From: a virus
Lineage: Duplodnaviria > Heunggongvirae > Uroviricota > Caudoviricetes
Length of the DNA stretch: 42,272 nt
Strand: one strand, 5' to 3'
Virus record (IMG/VR): IMGVR_UViG_2529292726_000021
A program made the translations under genes and the position numbers. The notes below the pieces were generated by a model. The model ran no database searches and had not been told where the DNA came from. It saw only the letters and a program-made list of their open reading frames with translations. This document shows positions 34,773 to 42,272 of this stretch, piece after piece. Numbering within the stretch: position 1 is the first letter of the stretch; the number at the start of each line of letters is the position of its first letter.

Positions 34773-37700
34773 ATGGAACAGTTCAAGAAGAAAAAATTAC
34801 CGCTTCTTATTGCCGGTGCTGGTGGCAAGAAAAGTAAAAGCTCCAGCCGTACCCCGGTTGAAGCTGATGATACTGTCAATTCTCGTGCTATGGCAGCCAT
34901 CCTCGACCTTCTTGGCGAGGGGGTTATCGGTGGCCTGGTAAATGGCGCAAAGTCGATCTTCATCGACGATTTACCGATCTTGAATGAAGATGGCTCTTCC
35001 AACTTCAGCGGTATTACATGGGATTTTCGTGACGGCTCACAAGACCAGACGCCAATGGCTGGTTTTGATTTTGTTGAAACGCCTAAGTCCGTAAATATTC
35101 AGCTTAAAAAAACACACGACGTTACGGTTTCAATCGATAACGATGAAGCTGATCGCGTTCGTGTCATCATGAAATTCCCCTCTTTACGTAGCGTTGATAA
35201 AAGCTCTGGCGATACAAATGGCACTACGGTGAAGTACAAATTCCAGATCGCCAACGCAGACGCAACATTTTCTGATGTAGTGGCAGAAGGTGAGAAAAGC
35301 GTTGATATCACGCTAACGGCAAAGAAAACCGGCGTGTATTACCGTAGCTATGAGCTGAAACTGCCTAAGCCTGGTCGTGCATACAAGGTTAGGGTGATTC
35401 GTCTTACAGATGATAATAGTAGCCAGTACCTCTACAACGACACATGGGTTGATTCCATCGGTGAGATTGTCGACACGCCAATGAACTACCCTAACTCTGC
35501 TCTTGTTGGCTTGAAGGTCAATTCAGAGCAGTTTGGTAGCACAATGCCTTCCCGTTCGTATTTGGTGCGCGGTATCAAAATCCGAGTACCGTCAAACTAC
35601 AACGAATACACCAATACTTATGTCGGCGTATGGGACGGTACTTTTAAGCTGTTGTCTTCTTCAAACCCTGCGTGGATTCTCTACGATTTGCTTACCAATA
35701 CTCGGTATGGTCTTGGGCAATTTGTGTCGGAATCCATGATTGACCTCGGCCAGCTCTACCAGATTGGTCGATATTGTGACGAAGAGGTCGATGATGGCTT
35801 TGGGGGTAAAGAGAAACGCTTTGCAATCAATACGCAGATCACCAGTCGACAAGACGCATACCGATTAATTCAGGATATTGCCGGTGCATTCCGCGGCATG
35901 GTGTTTTGGGCTGGTGGCATGGTTAACATCATGCAGGATAGCCCATCAGATCCGGTAATGATGTTTACCAACTCCAACGTCAAAGATGGACTGTTTACCT
36001 ATAAAGGTTCTGCGCGTAAAGATCGCCCATCCGTTGCGCTCGTAACCTACAACAACAAGGAGGACGGTTATAAGCAAAATATCGAGTACGTTGAAGATCA
36101 GGACGCAATGCGCCGTTATGGTGAGCGTAAAACAGAAGTCGTAGCATTTGGATGTACAAGCCGAGGCCAGGCTCACCGAGTTGGTTTGTGGCTTTTGTAT
36201 ACCGCCAGAATGGAGTCGGATGTAATTACATTTACTGCCGGCTTAGACGCCTCATTTCTGATGCCTGGTGAAACCGTTCTGATTCAGAACAAATATCGTG
36301 CAGGTAAACGTAACTCCGGTCGAATTGTGGAGTTTACCAAAAACAGCATCACTCTCGATGCGCCTGTGTCGTTAGCTAAAAGCGGCAGCTTTATTCGGAT
36401 ATTGAATCAGGAAGGCAAAATCGTTGAACGCGATGTTCTTGAAACTGGCGAAAACATAACAAAGGTTACGTTTTCAAAAGCCCTGTCGTCAGCGGAAACG
36501 CCTGTTTTGAACGGTGTCTGGACAATTACAGAACCAGATCTCGAACCTATGCGCGTTCGCATCGTTAACATCGCACAGGGGGAAACGCCGGGTAGCTTTG
36601 ACATCACCGCTGTTGAGAACAATCCGTCTAAATATGAGGCAATCGACAATGGTGCAACGCTGATCCCGCAGAATACGACGGTATTGGACCCAACTTACTC
36701 CAAGCCATCTAATCTGCAAATCACTGAAGGGACTTATCTCTCAAGCCCGGGCAACCTGTCAGTAAAACTGACTGCAACATGGGAAGGGAAATCTCCAGAG
36801 TATTGGATCAGTTGGCGACGTTCTGATGAAAACAATGTATCGAACTGGCAATCGGCGCGTGTAACCGAAGAGCAATACGAAATCGTTAATGTCGCGGAGA
36901 ATGGACGCTACGACTTCCAGCTGTATGCGGTTTCATTCAACGGTAAAAAAACAGAGATTATCAGTACTGTTTATCAGGTGTTGGGCACAATGACACCGCC
37001 TGATGCCCCAACGTCATTAACGGCCGTTGGAGACTATCGTAATGTGATACTGAATTGGGTTAATCCAGATTCGGTAGACCTTGATCACATTAATGTTTAC
37101 GCATCCCAGACCAACAATCTGGATACGGCGAAACTGATCGCAGAGTCTGCAAGCACCACCTTTACACATGCTGGTCTTGGGGATAGCGAAACGTGGTATT
37201 ACTGGGTTCGAGCATCGAACAAGCGAGGTATGTTAAGTCCTCCGAACTCAAACTTGGGTACAGAGGCGACAACTCGCGATGTACTGTCGTTCCTGACTGG
37301 CAAAATTACATCTTCCGAGCTTGGTCAGGCTCTGCTTGAGGACATCAACAGCAAAGTCTCTCAAGAAGCAGTTGACGAGTTAAATGAGCATATCAACCAG
37401 AGCGTCGAATCTTTAGAGGGGGCGGTAAACGACGTTAAGGAAGATATAGCTGAATTAGATAAGCAGTTCAGCGATAACCTCGCGGGTTTTGAAATAAAAT
37501 TCAACGAGCGTAGCGATGCTTTGGAGAACGCACAAACCGAGCTTAAAGGTGAGGTTTCGGCAACGATCGACAAGGTCAATGAAGCGTTTGAAAAAATTGA
37601 TGCTACTGATGCTGCAATTGTTGAAATCGAAAACACCGTATCTGAACACGATAAAGCTCTCGCTAATACAGTCGAGGCAATAAAGGCTGCAAGAGACGAA

Positions 37701-39497
37701 GCGGCGGCTCTTATTGCTAAGGAAAGCGAGGCTCGTGTTGAAGGTGATGCCGCAAACGCTAAACAACTGGAAGTGTTGCAGTCGACGGTAGAGGAAAGTT
37801 CCGCAGCCGTTGAAGAAATGAAAAAGACGGTTGCAGAGGTCGATCGTGCCAGTGCAGAACTGACTACGAACATTGAGGCGTTAGCTAAAACAAATATTGA
37901 CCTGGCTCTTCGTCAAGATGAAGACCAGCACAAGCAGATGGTCAATAACGCGAAGATCGCAACAACACAGAAAACCTTTGCTGATGATATGTCCGCAATG
38001 GCCACGAAGGTTGAGGAAATTCGCGTAGAAATTGGCGAAGACATTAAGGCCAGTATTCTGGAAGAGTCCACCGCTCGTGCCGATGGCGATGAAGCGTTGG
38101 CAAAGCGTGTCACTCAGCTGCAATCTAAGTTTGAAGGAGATATCAGCGCGGCGATTAGTACAGAGCAGGAGGCTCGTACATCTGCCGATGAAGCTCTGAC
38201 GACACAAATCACTCAGCTTGAGTCGAAAGTAAGCAACGATATCGTCGCAGCTATTAAGGAAGAGCAAGAAGCCCGAGCAACGGAAGATTCGGCTCTGGCA
38301 AGCCAGATCACCCAACTTCAGGCAAAGGTTGATGATGATATTTCTGCTGCAATACGTAGTGAGCAGGAGGCCCGAGCAAGCGGGGACTCTGCGTTAGCCA
38401 AACAAATAAACCAGCTTCAGTCAAAGGTTGACGGTGATATATCCGCTGCCATCACTCAGGAGCAGGAGGCCAGAGCAAGTGCTGACCAGGCGCTCTCACG
38501 AGAAATTAACAGCCTGCGAGCACAAACCGGAACTGATATTGCCGCAGCGGTTGCTGTAGAGACAAAAGCAAGGACTGATGCCGATAGTGCATTGTCTACC
38601 CAGATTACGTCTCTTACAGCAAAAGCTAATGATCTCAAGGCGTCTCTTGCCAGAGAAACAACGGCTCGTGCAGATGGTGATACCGCTTTAACAAAAGAGG
38701 TTTCAAGTTTAAAAGCACAGACAGCGAAAGATATTAGTGCGGCCGTTGCAGTTGAAACGCAGGCTCGAACTGATGCTGACTCGGCGTTGTCGTCTCAGAT
38801 CACCAAGCTGACCTCTCAATACAAAGAGGATATTAAAGCGGCTGTAGCAACCGAAACGAAAACGCGTACAGAGCAAGATGCTGCATTGGCGACTCAAATC
38901 ACAAACTTAGAGTCTCAAACGGCAGCCAACATTTCCGCGGCGGTCACAACTGAAACGAAAGCGAGAACGCAGGCAGATAATGCTCTGAGTGGGCGAATCG
39001 ATACTCTGAAAGCAGAGGTGAATGGAAATACCGCGACAATTCAACAGCAGGCAACAGCTATTGCTGATACCAACAAAAAAGTGTCAACCGCGTGGACGTT
39101 GAAAATGGAGACTTCAACGAGCGGAGGGCAGAAGTATGTTGCCGGTATTGCGCTTGGTATTGACACCACTGGGCTATCTCAGTTTTTGGTTCAGGCGGAC
39201 AGGTTTGGTTTGGTCAACTCTGTTAACGGGAAGATCACAACGCCATTTGTTATCGAAAACAGTATCGCCTATATGAATGGAGCGTATATCAAGGATGGCA
39301 CAATCACCAATGCAAAAGTAGGCGATCTGCAATCTACCAATTTTGTTAGCGGTAGATCTGGATGGCGATTCGGCAAAAATGGAACGCTTGAGATCAACGG
39401 TAATAGCGGCGGCAATGGGCGATTGGTTATAAATGGTCAGCGGATTGACGTTTATGACGATAACAACGTCTTACGAGTAAGAATTGGCCGTCTGTGA
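34773..39497 (+). CDS. central tail fibre / host specificity protein, lambda gpJ-like with coiled-coil repeat insertion
   Basis: N-terminal and central regions match remembered lambda J (e.g. FGCTSRGQAHRVGLWLL); C-terminus has the J-type segment KYVAGIALGIDTTGLSQFLV; about ten tandem 31-aa repeats in between. Confidence 0.85.
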   Translation: MEQFKKKKLPLLIAGAGGKKSKSSSRTPVEADDTVNSRAMAAILDLLGEGVIGGLVNGAKSIFIDDLPILNEDGSSNFSGITWDFRDGSQDQTPMAGFDFVETPKSVNIQLKKTHDVTVSIDNDEADRVRVIMKFPSLRSVDKSSGDTNGTTVKYKFQIANADATFSDVVAEGEKSVDITLTAKKTGVYYRSYELKLPKPGRAYKVRVIRLTDDNSSQYLYNDTWVDSIGEIVDTPMNYPNSALVGLKVNSEQFGSTMPSRSYLVRGIKIRVPSNYNEYTNTYVGVWDGTFKLLSSSNPAWILYDLLTNTRYGLGQFVSESMIDLGQLYQIGRYCDEEVDDGFGGKEKRFAINTQITSRQDAYRLIQDIAGAFRGMVFWAGGMVNIMQDSPSDPVMMFTNSNVKDGLFTYKGSARKDRPSVALVTYNNKEDGYKQNIEYVEDQDAMRRYGERKTEVVAFGCTSRGQAHRVGLWLLYTARMESDVITFTAGLDASFLMPGETVLIQNKYRAGKRNSGRIVEFTKNSITLDAPVSLAKSGSFIRILNQEGKIVERDVLETGENITKVTFSKALSSAETPVLNGVWTITEPDLEPMRVRIVNIAQGETPGSFDITAVENNPSKYEAIDNGATLIPQNTTVLDPTYSKPSNLQITEGTYLSSPGNLSVKLTATWEGKSPEYWISWRRSDENNVSNWQSARVTEEQYEIVNVAENGRYDFQLYAVSFNGKKTEIISTVYQVLGTMTPPDAPTSLTAVGDYRNVILNWVNPDSVDLDHINVYASQTNNLDTAKLIAESASTTFTHAGLGDSETWYYWVRASNKRGMLSPPNSNLGTEATTRDVLSFLTGKITSSELGQALLEDINSKVSQEAVDELNEHINQSVESLEGAVNDVKEDIAELDKQFSDNLAGFEIKFNERSDALENAQTELKGEVSATIDKVNEAFEKIDATDAAIVEIENTVSEHDKALANTVEAIKAARDEAAALIAKESEARVEGDAANAKQLEVLQSTVEESSAAVEEMKKTVAEVDRASAELTTNIEALAKTNIDLALRQDEDQHKQMVNNAKIATTQKTFADDMSAMATKVEEIRVEIGEDIKASILEESTARADGDEALAKRVTQLQSKFEGDISAAISTEQEARTSADEALTTQITQLESKVSNDIVAAIKEEQEARATEDSALASQITQLQAKVDDDISAAIRSEQEARASGDSALAKQINQLQSKVDGDISAAITQEQEARASADQALSREINSLRAQTGTDIAAAVAVETKARTDADSALSTQITSLTAKANDLKASLARETTARADGDTALTKEVSSLKAQTAKDISAAVAVETQARTDADSALSSQITKLTSQYKEDIKAAVATETKTRTEQDAALATQITNLESQTAANISAAVTTETKARTQADNALSGRIDTLKAEVNGNTATIQQQATAIADTNKKVSTAWTLKMETSTSGGQKYVAGIALGIDTTGLSQFLVQADRFGLVNSVNGKITTPFVIENSIAYMNGAYIKDGTITNAKVGDLQSTNFVSGRSGWRFGKNGTLEINGNSGGNGRLVINGQRIDVYDDNNVLRVRIGRL
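38067..39050 (+). repeat. tandem ~93-bp coding repeats inside the J-like gene
   Basis: Repeated peptide pattern AR(A/T)x(A/G)DxAL(A/S)xQI(T/N)QLQ(S/A)KVxxDI(S/A)AAIxxEQE, about ten copies. Confidence 0.7.
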
Positions 39498-39590
39498 TGG
39501 TGGAAAAAAAATTTTATATCGGTAAAAATAGGTAAGTATCTACTTAATGGCGGGCAAGGATAGCCCGCCAAATCAAGGAGCATATTCAAC

Positions 39591-41950
39591 ATGTGGTACA
39601 GGGAAGGTACTATCACATTTACACAGGGTAGCAATACTCTGGTTGGGGCAGGGACAGCCTGGAACGTAACAGCTAATGGTGTGTTGCCGGGGATGATCGT
39701 CATTGGCCCCGACAATAAGCTGTATGAGATCAAGCGCGTAACCAGTGATACGAACATTGTTCTCTCAGAACCTTATACCGGCGAAACTCAGTCTGAAGTT
39801 CCGTGCCGAATCATTACGACCTATGAAGGCGACTTAACACAGTTTAGCGCGCGCTTTACTGCGCTAATGTCGCGTATGTCGGCTGATTCCAAGTCCATAC
39901 GCAGTTGGTTGACTGCGCTGGATGAGGTGACAATCGAGCGTGAAGACGGTACAGAAGTGACCGTTAAGCCGCTAATGCAGATCGTCAACGAGCACAACGA
40001 AAACGTTGAGTGGTATAAAAATAACACTGACGCGATTGATGCTGCTGGCGACAAAGCTCGTGAGGCGGCGGCCAGTGCTGCCGCAGCAGCCAAAAGCGCC
40101 AATGCCGCTGGAGAAAAAGCCTCTCAAGCGTCTCAAAGTGCATCCGCTGCGGCATCCTCACAAAGTGCCGCAAGTGCGAGTGCAACTGCTGCGAAAAAAT
40201 CTGAAACGAATGCTGCAGCGTCACAAAAATCTGCAGCCACTTCTGCATCCACCGCGACCACGAAGGCGTCAGAAGCTGCCACCTCAGCCCGGGATGCGGC
40301 GGCCTCAAAAGAGGCAGCGAAATCATCAGAAACGAGCGCAGCCTCGAGCGCCAGTAATGCCGCTTCCTCGGCAACGGCGGCAGGAAATTCCGCGAAGGCG
40401 GCAAAAACGTCCGAGACGAACGCCAGGTCTTCTGAAACGGCAGCGGGACAGAGCGCCTCGGCTGCGGCAGGCTCAAAAACAGCGGCTGCGTCGTCTGCCA
40501 GTGCCGCGTCAACAAGTGCCGGGCAGGCCTCAGCCAGTGCCACCGCCGCCGGAAAATCGGCAGAAAGTGCCGCATCGTCTGCTTCAACTGCCACAACGAA
40601 GGCTGGCCAAGCCACTGAACAGGCCAGCGCAGCAGCGAGGTCTGCTTCCGCAGCGAAGACATCCGAAACGAACGCGAAAGCGTCGGAAACCCGTGCAGAA
40701 TCCTCAAAAACGGCAGCCGCATCGTCCGCCAGTTCGGCGGCGTCATCGGCATCATCGGCGTCTGCTTCAAAAGATGAGGCGACCAGACAGGCGTCAGCAG
40801 CGAAGGGCAGCGCCACGACGGCATCCACGAAAGCAACAGAGGCGGCAGGCAGTGCGACGGCAGCATCTCAGAGCAAAACTGCTGCTGAATCCGCTGCGAC
40901 CCGTGCGGAAGCTGCTGCTGATCGTGCTGAAGAGATTGCCGGTGCAGTTGCGATGGAAGACGCAAGCCTTACAACTAAAGGTGTTGTGAAACTTAGCAGT
41001 GCTGTCGACAGCACCAGTGAATCGCTGGCCGCAACGCCAAAAGCAGTTAAAGCAGCCAATGACAATGCGAATAGCAGGGTGCCATCTAACCGAAAAGTTA
41101 ACGGTAAAGCACTGACTGCGGATATCAAATTAACGCCGAAAGATATTGGTACTTTAAATTCAGTAACGATGTCTTTCTCTGGCGGGGCAGGGTGGTTCAA
41201 ACTGGCTACGGTTACCATGCCACAAGCGAGTTCCATCGTTTACATCGCATTGATTGGTGGCGCTGGTTACAACGTCGGCTCCCCACATCAGGCAGGCATT
41301 TCAGAACTGGTTCTACGAGCAGGCAATGGAAACCCCAAAGGGATTACAGGTGCTTTGTGGAAGCGTACAGCTGTCGGATTAACGAATTTCGCCTGGATCA
41401 ACACATCCGGCGATACATATGATATTTACGTTGAGATTGGCAATTATGCGACTCGTGTAAATATCCATTGGGATTGTACTGCAAATGCGACAGTTTCTAT
41501 TTATACATCGCCAACATATTCAGCGAGTAAGCCTTCCAGCGTTACCGATGGTGTTGTTTATACGATGTATAGCACACATCAGAAACCGACGCCGTTAGAT
41601 ATTGGAGCACTGCCAACAACCGGAGGAACAGTTTCAGGTCCGTTGTCTGTTACAGGTGGATTAACTGGTTCATTGAATGGTAATGCAAGTACAGCCACGA
41701 AATTGCAGACGGCAAGATCTATCGGTGGAGTTGTTTTCGACGGTTCTGCAAATATTAACCTTCCAGGTGTAAACACTACGGGTAATCAGAACACCACTGG
41801 TAATGCTGCAACTGCTACAAAACTTCAGACGGCAAGAACTATCGGCGGCGTGAGCTTTGATGGTACTGCGAATATTAATTTGCCAGGTGTTAATACGACT
41901 GGTAATCAGAACACAACGGGCAACGCGGCTACTGCTACGAAGTTGCAGAC
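39591..41950 (+). pseudogene. side tail fibre (Stf-like) gene truncated at the 3' end by IS2
   Basis: ATG with AAGGAG upstream; long Ala/Ser-rich repeat region with recurring KTSETNA units; TKLQTAR(S/T)IGGV...NTTGNQNTTGNAATA repeats; frame runs into the IS2 end at 41951. Confidence 0.75.
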
Positions 41951-42272
41951 TGGATTTGCCCCTATATTTCCAGACATCTGTTATCACTTAACCCATTACA
42001 AGCCCGCTGCCGCAGATATTCCCGTGGCGAGCGATAACCCAGCGCACTATGCGGATGCCATTCGTTATAATGCTCGAACGCCTCTGCAAGGTTCTTTGCT
42101 GCCGTTAACCCGTCTGGTTTGGGCATGATACTGATGTAGTCACGCTTTATCGTTTTCACGAAGCTCTCTGCTATTCCGTTACTCTCCGGACTCCGCACCG
42201 CCGTGTTCTTCGGTTCAAGTCCCAACATCCGGGCGAACTGGCGTGTTTCATTAGCCCGGTAGCATGAACCAT
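41951..42272 (-). mobile_element. IS2 (IS3 family), partial copy continuing beyond window
   Basis: Terminal sequence TGGATTTGCCCCTATATTTCCAGACATCTG matches remembered IS2 end; encodes the C-terminus of the IS2 orfB transposase. Confidence 0.85.
41962..42272 (-). CDS. insD: IS2 transposase orfB (InsD), C-terminal part
   Basis: Translation ...[35 protein letters not shown]...[31 protein letters not shown] matches remembered IS2 InsD C-terminus. Confidence 0.85.

Noticed and set aside
6624-34825. Chi octamers (GCTGGTGG at 6749-6756 and 34818-34825; CCACCAGC at 6624-6631)
   Set aside because: Three occurrences in 42 kb is within expectation for E. coli-like DNA; only the pair flanking iteron array 2 is noted, in the relevant finding.
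27767-39000. Antisense or embedded ORFs inside the tape measure and J-like genes (e.g. 29144-29638, 30567-31058, 31388-31930, 37361-37873, 37881-38315)
   Set aside because: Fully contained in long, well-supported genes on the opposite strand or another frame, with low-complexity translations.
39985-40989. Long alternative-frame ORFs (39985-40965 minus, 40006-40989 plus, 40133-40828 minus) inside the Stf-like gene
   Set aside because: They fall in the GC-rich Ala/Ser-coding repeat region where all frames stay open; low-complexity translations.
1-42272. Search for tRNA, rRNA, integrase, immunity repressor, lysis genes, reverse transcriptase or cyclase/nucleotidyltransferase signatures
   Set aside because: No convincing cloverleaf-compatible region or signature motif was recognised by eye; absence is not proof and a profile search could still find them.

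Overview
The window holds the 3' end of metG (1-1149) with its terminator, followed by about 41 kb of prophage-like DNA running to the window end, where a partial IS2 copy (41951-42272, minus strand) truncates the side tail fibre gene. The host is E. coli-like, judged from the MetG sequence and IS2. Left to right: (i) an early region (about 1.2-6.6 kb) of small ORFs, several visibly acidic, each preceded by the same ~45-bp promoter/leader module and most followed by their own terminator; it is interrupted by a ~0.7-kb A+C-rich strand-asymmetric tract and carries two arrays of iteron-like direct repeats. (ii) An AT-rich accessory island (about 6.9-12.2 kb) with nine ORFs of no recognisable function, including a lipoprotein and a secreted protein. 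(iii) An SF2 helicase, two ParB-like proteins, a compact ABC-type ATPase and a GNAT-like protein. (iv) Packaging and head genes: terminase small and large subunits, portal, scaffold, capsid, an Ig-like protein and connector candidates. (v) A lambda-type tail module (major tail, G/GT, tape measure, M, L, K, I, J homologues) and an Stf-like side fibre. No integrase, immunity repressor, lysis genes, tRNA, rRNA or CRISPR array was recognised. The best candidates for an undescribed system are the island cassettes at 7206-8357 and 10190-12202 and the overlapping ParB-ParB-ABC ATPase-GNAT module at 13847-16744. None can be assigned a function from sequence alone; all calls rest on reading the sequence and remembered family signatures, with no database search run.
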